Below, in pieces: positions 1-10,500 of a stretch of DNA of 64,000 nt (its first letter is position 1; each line of letters starts with the position of its first letter). The DNA comes from a virus. The stretch lies in IMG/VR virus record IMGVR_UViG_3300029858_000005, one strand, 5' to 3'. Made by a program: the position numbers and the translations under genes. A model generated the notes under the pieces. That model was not told the origin of the DNA. It did no database searches and worked only from the letters and a program-made list of their open reading frames with translations.

Positions 1-125
1 ATAATCAATATCTTTAAGTTGGTGATATATTATAGAGAGGTGAGAGGGCATCCACCAACGAGGGCAAACACCCCTCACCAACTCATTTTTTCTTAGTCTT
101 TTTTACGGACTTTCTTACTGCTCTG

Positions 126-797
126 TTACGCTCCTGTAGTGGGAGTAGAAGCTGCCTTGCAGCAACAGTAGCTACCATAACCTGTAACTGTAGGTGTACT
201 TGGAAGTACCAACTGCCCCTTAATATCATAAGCAGTCTTCAACTCCATAGCCTGGAGCAAAATCTTCTCCTTGTAAGGAGCAAGTGCTTCCATAACGGCA
301 ATCTTAGTCTCCAATGCAGCCATCTTAGCGTTGGTTGCATCATACTGGTCTCTGCCAGCCTTATAAAGACCAAACTCTGCGTCAATCGCTCTGCGGTTCT
401 CAGCGTTGATAGCATCTACCTGCGACTTGTAAAGACCGAATTTCTCGGCAACATCTGTCTCACGCATAGCATAGAACTTGTTAGCGGTGTCGAGCTTCAA
501 ACCGAACATGTCGGTAAGCAACTTCACCTCATCAGCGCATTCCTTCTCCATTACCTGTAAGGCAGTTGGCTGATTGGAACTTGAATTAGCTCCGTAGGTG
601 TTGATGTTTACGTTCTCAGGCATATTGCTGCCGCCGAGAGAGCCGAATACACCACGACCATTGCCGTTGAGCAAAGCTAAAGCCAAGCCACCGATGCCAA
701 TTCCGAGGGCTGTTCCTGCCAAACCCTTGCTGGCATACTCCTTCTTACCATCTTCGTAGATTTTCTTCTCTACGACCTTTGCATCTGTCATTTCCAT
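126..797 (-). CDS. hypothetical protein (Gly-rich hydrophobic segment, coiled-coil, C-terminal CCC)
   Basis: 223-aa ORF in track with no competing long ORF. A promoter-like TACCTTTG lies upstream on the minus strand (854-861). Confidence 0.6.
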   Translation of the reverse strand: MEMTDAKVVEKKIYEDGKKEYASKGLAGTALGIGIGGLALALLNGNGRGVFGSLGGSNMPENVNINTYGANSSSNQPTALQVMEKECADEVKLLTDMFGLKLDTANKFYAMRETDVAEKFGLYKSQVDAINAENRRAIDAEFGLYKAGRDQYDATNAKMAALETKIAVMEALAPYKEKILLQAMELKTAYDIKGQLVLPSTPTVTGYGSYCCCKAASTPTTGA

Positions 798-853
798 AAT
801 ACAATCTTTTGAAATCCTTAATATTAACTAACACTATTGTAACGTTACGGATG

Positions 854-861
854 CAAAGGTA
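854..861 (-). promoter_or_regulatory. Bacteroidales-type -7 promoter motif (TACCTTTG on minus strand)
   Basis: Plus-strand caaaggta is the reverse complement of TAnnTTTG. It lies about 60 nt upstream of the ATG at 797. Confidence 0.45.
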
Positions 862-974
862 CAAAGAATAGGGGAGAGCAAATATAACTCTATCACACTT
901 TCTTTTAGTGGTTGATTATCAGTGATTTAAGGTGATAGAAGGTAATATCATAAATAACAAAAAAAGAGAGGCAG

Positions 975-1319
975 TCACTTACCTCTCTTACTCTTAATGA
1001 AGTGCAGAATATCCCACTTCTTCCAATATCGGGTGTGCCCACGTTTCTTGCATTCGCCATGGGGCAAATCGCCCCTAGCCACCATTCTGTTAAGGGTAGC
1101 ATCAGAAACTCGCAATTTTTCCTTGACCTCCTCGGTGCTCATCATAGGGTTGAGAGCATACGGCAGATAGTTCTCACAAAGGTCTTCTATCTCATCGCTA
1201 CTCATTCCGCAAGCAGTTACCTTCTCCCCTCTCTTCTCTTGCTCGTCTGCTCGAAAGCAAGAGTCAGACAACGATTTTAATAACACTCCCAAGGTGTGAT
1301 AACCAAATAACTTTCCCAT
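975..1319 (-). CDS. small HTH DNA-binding protein (excisionase/AlpA/MerR-like C-terminal HTH); true start may be an internal Met
   Basis: 114-aa ORF. The C-terminal segment VKEKLRVSDATLNRMVARGDLP...RYWKKWDILHFIK looks like a winged-HTH excisionase-type motif. Confidence 0.5.
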   Translation of the reverse strand: MGKLFGYHTLGVLLKSLSDSCFRADEQEKRGEKVTACGMSSDEIEDLCENYLPYALNPMMSTEEVKEKLRVSDATLNRMVARGDLPHGECKKRGHTRYWKKWDILHFIKSKRGK

Positions 1320-1323
1320 ATCA

Positions 1324-1875
1324 TTATAATCTAGAGATTAAACTTTGACAGCCCTTGCCTGAGAAATACTTGTCGGCAAAACCATATACATAAAATATAA
1401 TGGTCATTACAAGTATTACAACATTAGCTTCCACCATTTCGTTGGTGGTAAAAACATTCCAGTATACGATATGAATAGCATTTATCCCAAATAGGTAGAT
1501 TATCATCGGAATACGCCATCTGTAGCAGAGCCAAAAGAATCTGCTCGCAAGTATAAGCACAAGCGGATGGATGTAAACGGAAAAATAGATAAATGCTGCC
1601 GATACCCAATTCTCCTTAAACCATACGCACATTTCTTTTTCATGAGACGCAAATGTTACCATGCATGCAATATGAAAAAGCATGATAAACAGAGGCATCA
1701 CTTCACAATAATACTTAAACCAAGTGAGTAGCTTTATGCTGTAGCCTCTACCTGCAAGGATAATGACGTTTATAATTTCGCTAACGTCCATGTCCTTAAA
1801 CATTACTCTTGACAACTGTACAACACCGACTGATTGAACTAACCGATGGACTTCGTCTTTTTGTTCTTCTGTCAT
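1324..1875 (-). CDS. multi-pass membrane protein, function unknown
   Basis: 183-aa ORF with several long hydrophobic stretches. TATCTTTG motif upstream on the minus strand (1941-1948). Confidence 0.6.
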   Translation of the reverse strand: MTEEQKDEVHRLVQSVGVVQLSRVMFKDMDVSEIINVIILAGRGYSIKLLTWFKYYCEVMPLFIMLFHIACMVTFASHEKEMCVWFKENWVSAAFIYFSVYIHPLVLILASRFFWLCYRWRIPMIIYLFGINAIHIVYWNVFTTNEMVEANVVILVMTIIFYVYGFADKYFSGKGCQSLISRL

Positions 1876-1940
1876 TGAAATACCTCCTTTTGTCTATAGT
1901 TAATTGTTCATAATTCGTTGATTTAAATTAAATGATGGTG

Positions 1941-1948
1941 CAAAGATA
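1941..1948 (-). promoter_or_regulatory. Bacteroidales-type -7 promoter motif (TATCTTTG on minus strand)
   Basis: Plus-strand caaagata, about 65 nt upstream of the start at 1875. Confidence 0.45.
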
Positions 1949-2097
1949 CAGTTTTTTGCACAAAATTAATGGAAATGAGAATGTTTCTGTGTTAAATTTC
2001 ATAAAAAGTAACAATCTGAAAGTAGACGGCTACAAAAATAGCGTTAGAACGGCTTTCTTGCCTAATTCTAACGCTATTTCTATCTACTTATCAGTGT

Positions 2098-2562
2098 TTA
2101 TCCTATCACAACATCAAGGGTCTCCATATCAGCGAACTTCAAGCCGCAATCTTTCGCTGCCTTGAACAACTCCTTCTCGTCAACTGCCTCGATGGCTACC
2201 TCTACCTCCTTGTCGGCAAGTTCCTTGAAATACTTCTCGGTCTTCTGCTTCTGATTGAAGAAGTACTCATTGACCTCAGCGAACTTGGCTGAATCGTCCT
2301 TGGTGTATTCGTAGCCCTCATTGGCGTGCTTCTTCTCCAACTGCTGGCACTCCTGAAGCTTGCGCTGCATCTCCTCGAACTTATCGTCCTTCAAGCTCTG
2401 CTGCGCTTCCTCCACATCCTTGTCGTAGGTATCGGCTACTTGGCGCAGTGCCTTCATATTCTTCCAAACTCGCATAGCGGCATCATCGCTCATTGATGAT
2501 GTCTTCAATGCCTTCAATGTTCTGTAGGCTGCAACAGCCTCGATTGTCTTAATCTTTTTCAT
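2098..2562 (-). CDS. hypothetical acidic coiled-coil protein
   Basis: 154-aa ORF. TAACTTTG motif upstream on the minus strand (2640-2647). Confidence 0.6.
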   Translation of the reverse strand: MKKIKTIEAVAAYRTLKALKTSSMSDDAAMRVWKNMKALRQVADTYDKDVEEAQQSLKDDKFEEMQRKLQECQQLEKKHANEGYEYTKDDSAKFAEVNEYFFNQKQKTEKYFKELADKEVEVAIEAVDEKELFKAAKDCGLKFADMETLDVVIG

Positions 2563-2815
2563 AATTGTTTCTATATTTTTATGTTATACAATATTCTTCG
2601 TCAGATTGCCATAGCAGAATACCTTTCCTATTAACAGTACAAAGTTAAGAAAATAATTCCGAATAGCAATGCAGGAGGAGCAAAATTTACGAATTTTAAA
2701 AATCAGCTTCCCCTCGTTGGGTAATCACTAGGTCGCAACGTGTCTGCTTTCTCGGTGAGAACGTAAACCACAAATACGTTTCTATCACATTTGTTACATT
2801 AATAATATTTACGTT

Positions 2816-4129
2816 TTAACGCATAATATAACTACCTCCTGGAGGAACTTGTTTCCATCCACCATCTATATTAATTTCAAAAGATAATTGACACATTTGT
2901 CCATAATATCCTCCTTCATAAATATTATCAAATCTTATATATACTTCAATATAATCTGTTCTATCACCTTCAGGAATAGTTACAGAGCCTGCACCTTGAC
3001 CAGAGCTATTAGATACATAACCTCTTCCGTATGTTGTCTTTTTACTAGTAGGCATACGAAAAGTCTGATTATTACCATAACTACAAACACTTCTAAACAT
3101 ACCATCAGTAACTGTTAATGCAGCATCAGGAAGTTTATATATTTTAGCTTTACAAATACAACTAGCACCAACTAATTCTCTCAACGATGAGAAATCAACA
3201 AAACCACTAGAACCACTTTTAATACTTTCCATATTAATTTGTCTAGGATAATATTTAAAACTAATAGCACCCGGAAGAGATATGAAAATTATTTTTGTAT
3301 CATCATATAAAGTTGCATTACGAGTGTATGCTAAAAAAGGTACAATAGTAATAACCTTATCTCCACTACCTATATCAAAAGTTATTTCTCTACCAGCATA
3401 TATATAATCTGTTGGTTTTTTGCAATTACCAACATAATAATTTTTATAAATCTTATCAGTAGTATTATATGGTGAATCATAACGAATTTGAATCCAAAAA
3501 GACCAAGCTAAAGATAAATCAGGTATTATATCATCCATAGTAAGATTTGTGTTATTATCCACATGTGTATTCATATATAATACACAATTAAATTTACGAA
3601 TTGAAGAATAATAAACTTCAACAGTATTATATTGAGGAAGAGAAGTCAGACATCTATTGTCTATTGCTTTGCTATTGTAGTTTCTAAAATCACTTAATCT
3701 ATAAGGAGAATTAGCACCACCTTTTGGAAAATGTTTTCCTGATACCATTGTAGTTGTATCAGCACTAATACCACCATTTTTTCCATATATATTATCTACA
3801 TAAAGGTTGTAACAACCATTAATTGCAAAACCTTCTCCTCCATAATTATTACGTAAGTTTTTATAAGTATCCATAGGTATATTCATACCACAACGAACAA
3901 CACAAGTAAATTTACTATATGAAGATGTTGCTTTTTCATCAGAATCTTCTCTAATAGGATATTCTTTAAATTCACCTTTACAATTAATAGGTTTATACTT
4001 ACTCCATATATTTATATTTTCACTCTTACAAAGAGTAGCAAGGTCATTGCTACTCTCTCCAAGAGCTTGTTTAACATCATCAATGCTAACAGGAGCACTA
4101 ATAATTCCGTTTTCACTATTGTAAGACAT
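2816..4129 (-). CDS. AT-rich distal tail / receptor-binding candidate (function inferred from position only)
   Basis: 437-aa ORF immediately distal to the giant fibre gene. It is markedly more A+T-rich than the neighbouring late genes and is rich in N, Y, S and G. Confidence 0.55.
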   Translation of the reverse strand: MSYNSENGIISAPVSIDDVKQALGESSNDLATLCKSENINIWSKYKPINCKGEFKEYPIREDSDEKATSSYSKFTCVVRCGMNIPMDTYKNLRNNYGGEGFAINGCYNLYVDNIYGKNGGISADTTTMVSGKHFPKGGANSPYRLSDFRNYNSKAIDNRCLTSLPQYNTVEVYYSSIRKFNCVLYMNTHVDNNTNLTMDDIIPDLSLAWSFWIQIRYDSPYNTTDKIYKNYYVGNCKKPTDYIYAGREITFDIGSGDKVITIVPFLAYTRNATLYDDTKIIFISLPGAISFKYYPRQINMESIKSGSSGFVDFSSLRELVGASCICKAKIYKLPDAALTVTDGMFRSVCSYGNNQTFRMPTSKKTTYGRGYVSNSSGQGAGSVTIPEGDRTDYIEVYIRFDNIYEGGYYGQMCQLSFEINIDGGWKQVPPGGSYIMR

Positions 4130-4262
4130 AATCTTTATTTTTTAAATATTCAACTTTAGTTACTAATTCTGTTACAACTTCTTTAGTAACAACTTGCTCT
4201 ACTGTTACATTACTTAGAACACTAGGCAAGGCAGCTCTATAAGAGCCACCCTGCGTTAATGC

Positions 4263-4568
4263 TTACTCTGCTGCCTCGCTTGCCATATTAGCGGCGATAG
4301 CGGAATTGACCTCCTTAATCAATGCTGATACCTCACTGAGCTTGCTCTGCGGAACACCGCTGATGTTGTAGGTCAGCTCGCTGCCGTTGGAGCTTGCGTT
4401 GGCATTGCCGAGATAATTACCATTTGGGTCACCATAGATACTCATATTGATGCTCTCAATGTTGCCACCCGTCTTGTCAACATTGTAGGTGATTTCTACT
4501 CGATAGCCGCCCTTTGTGTAAGTGGCGGTTGTCTGTTCACTCTTCTTGTTAATCTTTAAATTCTCCAT
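4263..4568 (-). CDS. small structural-module protein, unknown function
   Basis: 101-aa ORF starting 8 nt after the fibre gene stop. Its composition matches the bulk of the phage. Confidence 0.6.
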   Translation of the reverse strand: MENLKINKKSEQTTATYTKGGYRVEITYNVDKTGGNIESINMSIYGDPNGNYLGNANASSNGSELTYNISGVPQSKLSEVSALIKEVNSAIAANMASEAAE

Positions 4569-4576
4569 TTTCTTAA

Positions 4577-7500
4577 CTAATTTAATAAATTAATATTCTT
4601 GTTATCTAATCTCTTCTTGTTGCAGTCTTCCTTATCTCCACTCAATCGCAGAACCTCTGATTCAAGGAAGACCACCCGAGCCTTCAACCTGCTGACCTCA
4701 TCGCCCACCTGCTCGATAGCACCGAATGCCGTTGCAATCAGCTTCGGAGACCAGTAGTTAATCTTGTAATAGCCCTTCTCGTCAGTCTCCACGATGTCCT
4801 TTAAGTGAGGGTTGCACAAGACGTGTTGGGCAATCCAACCGATAGACCTTGTGTTGTCCTTCTTCCAAGCAAAGCTGAACGTGCCACCCATTGCCTTGAT
4901 GATACCCAAGTAGTCCAGCTTCCGCAAATCCTGCTTCAAGCGGATGTCAGAAGATTGATAAGCTGTAACTCCACCTTTAGCAAGAATGCTATTAGGGAAG
5001 TAAGTATTCATATAAGCGTCATAATCATATATATGACCAGTAGTACTAATTGTATATCTGTCACCATTATAGCTATATTTAGTTAAAGCTAAAGCTCTAA
5101 TTTTAACAACAATACCATTACGTAAATTAGTATTATTGCTAGGGTGACTAAATACTAATCTTACATAACGATATGTATCATTACCAACATTTACATTTAA
5201 AGGACCAACACAAATATCACATTTGTGTGCCCATCCTTTTATTATTTTAGAAACATATTCTTTATAACCACCAGTACTACTTCCAAAGTATACTTGACAT
5301 TTTATATCAACTCCATTATTTACATCAATACTTATCCAACTAAGTTCTTGATATATTTCATCAGGAATCTTAACAGTAACTCTAAGTTGATTTTTCTTTA
5401 TTTGAGCAAGTTTATCAGCCTCAGTATTACCAATCATATTATCAGACCCTAAAAAATAATTAAATACCCTAACATTATCATTTACAAGATTAAATCTATT
5501 TTCTGGATTACCAGGATATGTATTCCAACTAGCACCGTTATCAGTTGAATATTCTACTTGTATATTATCCTGAGGAATACCATTAAACATATTAGTAACA
5601 TTAGCTCCAATACTACCATCCCAATTTTGTAATGACGTACCATATACATTTGAATCAGAGGTTGTAAACATTGTACCTCTAGCAGTAAGCATATTGTTAA
5701 CTTTAACTGGACCATTAAATGTAGCACCGCTGTTAATATCAATACTAGTAAAATGAGCATTACCATTTTGATATATATACCAATAATTAGAACCATTATG
5801 ACTACATATATCTTGAACTTTCACCCAATTACTATTATTAGCATTACCTAAATATAAATCACCACCACTACCTCCAATTCTAGCTCCAGCATCAGGAGTT
5901 ATAGTTGTAATACCTGGAAATTTAAGTGTACCATTACTTCTTTTATTAGAATAATAATTAAATACAGTTCCATCGGCTATACCTAAATATATAGCATTAG
6001 CAACAGTATCATATTTAAGACCAGCCCAATCACTATACTCCCAGTCGGCTGCTCCAAAACGAATAGCAGCACCAGTATTAAATACTACTTGGTCTTTTAT
6101 AGCTGATATACGAGCATTAGCATTTACATTATTATTTAATATTATAGCTCCGTTTTCAGAATCACTATTGTTTATATATATAGTTCCGTTAACATTACCA
6201 GTTCCATCAAAACTTTGACCCCATATCGTTCTTGCTGCCGCAAGTTTTGTTGCAGAAGCTACATTTATATTATGTATATCAGTACCGTTAAGAAGTAACT
6301 TACCATAGTCTAACCTTAATGTGTTAGCTGTTTTAATAGTCATACCAAAGTAATCAGTAATAGTAGTACTATATGCTCCAGTATTTGGATAACGATGGTC
6401 AAATCCATACCAAGGATGTTTATTAGTACCATCACTCCAAACATCGTTCCAATTAGGAGACCAATTTATATTACCATTAAAAGTTCTACCATCAGTACCA
6501 TGAAGTCCATCAACTGTATCTGCGTTACCAGCACTACTAGCATAATTAACACTAATATTACTAATACTTTTTGTAGTTCCACCAACGGTTATACTAATTC
6601 CCTTATCAGAATTAGATAGAGCAGTAAGAAGTCCACTTGCATGGTAACCATCTACAGTGTCAGAATTGCCTGCGCTGCTAGCATATCCATTATGCAAAGC
6701 ATTATATAAACTATTTGCACCTTTTTGACTAAGACTTGTACCAGTAGAAGTTCCACTATAACTATCAGTAATTCCTCTCCAAGTATTTTGCCAAGTAGTA
6801 GAAACACCATTGATAGTAATAGTTTGACCACTTACAGAACCAGTAACAAAGTTTTTGTCATTAGTAAGTTGACTAAGTTTAGTAAGATTACCTTTATGAT
6901 AAACTTCATATTCAGCATCATATTTACTAGTAGTTCTAACTACATTATTGCTAAAATATAATACTCCATTTGCTGCACGAATACCATCATAGTTGCCATT
7001 ACTTCTACAAAAAAGAATAGCTTCTGTAGGGGAATCAGATAAATCTTGAGTATAAACGCTATTAACTCCAATAATATCAGAATTTCGCATATTTATACCA
7101 TAAGCATTATTAGAATAATATCTATCATTAGCCATGTTAAGAATACTAACATCTTGATGACTAGTAAGATAACCTTGACTTTTAACCCAAGATTGCGTAG
7201 CATACCCATTAAGAGATTGATGACTAGTAAGATAAGTTCCTAAATCTACAGCAGCACCTCCACTAGCTGCAATAGTTTTAGTAACACCGTTAATCTTTAC
7301 ACTATGAGTATGACTAGTTGCCGACTTACCACTAAGAAGTGAATCTACACTACTTTTGGTATAATAGTTAGCAAGACTTTGGTGAGAAGTTAAAAATGTA
7401 GCACCTTTAGTAAATGTAATACCCTTTCCGCTTTTAGATACAGACGTGATAGCATTCCCACTTCCACTTACAGATATTGCATTAACGTAACCATCAAGTG

Positions 7501-10500
7501 ACTGATGACTAGTTAAGAACGTACTACCTTTAACTACGCTGATAGTAGTACCATCCTTGGTGACAGACGTAACCGCATTACCGCTACCGCTGACAGAAAT
7601 AGCAGTAGCACTACCACCTTCCAAGCTGGAGATACGAGAATCAAGAGCCTTAATAGAGTAGGCAGAAGCTATCTCAGACAGCGATTCTGATGTAAGCTTC
7701 AAGGCATTTGAATAACTCTTCACACTGCCGTTCAAGCCGCCACCACCGCCCGTGGTAGATGCTCCTGCTCCGTATGCCGTGATACCGCCTGTGGCATAGA
7801 GATTACCATCAATTTTGATAGCCTTGTTTGTGGAATCATACGTGAGCTTAATGCCATGGAAGGAGATTGTACCCTCGAATGTAGCATCGCCCGATACGCC
7901 AAGTTTAGAGAATGGAGCGTTTGGCTTCAAAGACACAAGGTCGGCAACGCTCGTTCCTGCACTTCCTTCCTTCCAAGTCGGCTCGAAGAAGATGAGGTAT
8001 GCGCCAAGATTCTTTTCGCTGATGATAAACGATGTCGGGTCTGCGTGAACCTTTCCGCTCACATCCCACCAGATAGCACCATTGGCAAGATAACCAGAGC
8101 CATCGAAGCGGATGAGGGAGGTTGCAGGGGTAAGATTTCCGCTATTATAGTCCTTATCCACCATCTGACCGCCCCACCATGTTGCGATACTCTTCTTACC
8201 TCTGTTCGGGTCTATTGCTCCGTTGATACCGCTCTGAACGTTTCCGTCTCCGTCTCTCAGCGCAAGGAGCGTTGTCATTACAAGACCACCGTCAATATCT
8301 GTAGTCTGACCGAGCGCATCCTTGAGATACTTGTAACCTGCGAGGTCTGTGATATTCTGCTTCAAGTCACCATATATCTTGCTAGTGATATAGGCGTTTG
8401 CCAAGCCAAGTTTGTCATAGAATGCGCTGTATGTGGACTGAAAGTTGGTGAACTTCGTTCCCACGGCTGAGACGATAGTAGCCTTGCCGTTTGTATCAGA
8501 CGCATTGTATCTTGCTGATATATCTGAGAGATACGTAACGAGTTCCGTCTTGGCAGTCGTGAGGGTAGCAAAAGCGGTGTTGAGGTCGGTGAGTTCCTTG
8601 GTGTTCGTCAGCACCTCTGCTTCCTTCACCTCATTGTACGACTTCTGTGCTGCCGCAAAATCATCCTCAAGTCGCTTAGAATCCTGCGCCATTGCCGCAA
8701 TCTCGGAAGGCTCCAGGTAGCCATCGGTAACATAATTATCGAATTCCTTCTTGTTATCAGTGACCGTCTTTCCGAGGTTCGTAATGTCTGTCTGTGCGGT
8801 CTGTGCCGCCTTCTGAGCATTTTCTGCCGCCTTTTTGGCTGCGTTGGCAACGGTATCATCGGTGTATTTAGATGCTTTAATCCAATCACCGATGGCGAAC
8901 TGAGAACCAGCCGCTTTGTTAGTCTGACAGCGCAATACCTCATTCTTGTAGGTACTGCCGTCAGAAGGATAAGTGGCATTAACCCATATATCGCCAACCT
9001 GATAAGGTGTCGTAGGCTGAACGCTGAACACCTTCATTTTCCCGTTTGCGGTCTCCTGTGCCATTCTTGCATCGGAAAGGGCTTTGGCGATGTCGGTATC
9101 TGTAATTATAGTCCACTTATAGGTGTTGCTATCCTTGGCAAAGCGGTATGCCTTGCCCGTCTTGTTGTCGTAGTAAAGGTCGCCAAGATGGATTTCTTTA
9201 TCCTTATCGGTCTTCCAACTGATGGCTGGGGCATTCTCCAAGGTAGGAACACCATCATAGAACCACGTTTCGATAGCACCATCCACCTGATTCTGCAAGT
9301 CGGCAATCTTCTTGAAATACTGAGACAATTCCTTGCCATCCACAGTGGATTTAGCGGAAATCTTAGCCTTAACAGACATTTGCTTAGTGCTGCTATCATA
9401 TCTGATATAAGAGCTGCCCTCATAGCCATTCTCCTTTGTAGGTCTATCACCTACATACATATCACCATAGACGTTGAAGAATGCCTTGTTATTCTGCTTA
9501 TTCACACCATATTCCACGTACTCCCTATTGGCAAAGGAATAGCTGTTGATGCCGTGATAGAGGCTGATGGATGGCGAATAGGTATCTACCGCCGAGAAGA
9601 TAAGGCAGTTCTGACGTTCTACATCGGTTCTGTTACCGCACTGATTGAGTACATCACCTTTAGCAGGAACATCGCTTGCCGTAGCGCAATCGGTATCAGA
9701 GAGGTCGATATAATGATATTTCTTTCCTTCCAACTCTACTGGTTCCTCGTCACGACCGATTACCAATCGCCAATAGAAGTGATTACCAGCCTTGTGATAA
9801 GTACCCTTGCGAACGTTGAATGATTCCGAGCGCACTTGGTCGTTAACCGCGAAGTCGTTATCTACCTCATCACCATCCTGCTCTGCTAAGAAATAGCAAC
9901 GATAAGCCTTCTGTGACACATTATTGTATGTCACAGTAACCTCTTCTACCTTATGAGCCACCACGCCGCCAGCAGGAGAGATTATCTCCTTACCACCGAT
10001 GGTGGATGTTTTATTGATAACCAGCTCCTCGAAGATAGCCTTCATTCTTACCTCCAAGTAATCTGTGATGAGGTGCGAACGACCTTCTGCATCGGGAGTC
10101 CACGACCCTCCACCGACAAGCAATCCCTGCAAGAACTTCTGCACCTTTTCCCAAGTGATGGTGCCGTTGGCTATGTCATCGTTTATCTTTGAGATGAAGT
10201 GCTTACTTCCCTCTGTTGCAATCTGGCCTTTGACTTGTGTAGTTGTCAAGCCTGCACCTGTTCCGCCATTTCCACTTTGGAGCGACGATATCTGCTGTTG
10301 GATCTTCTGGATAGTTCCAACCTCCTTATCCTCGCGAAGAGTTATATCGTAGGTAGGAATCTTACCATCTTCTTCCTTGATTGTGAGCTGATCTATGGAT
10401 ATTACACCGCCAATTCTGAGGTCAGTATCCTCAAACTCCATCAAGTCTCCGGCTTTGAGCGTATCATGAAGACTCTTGATAACTCCTGTAGTATCCTTTT

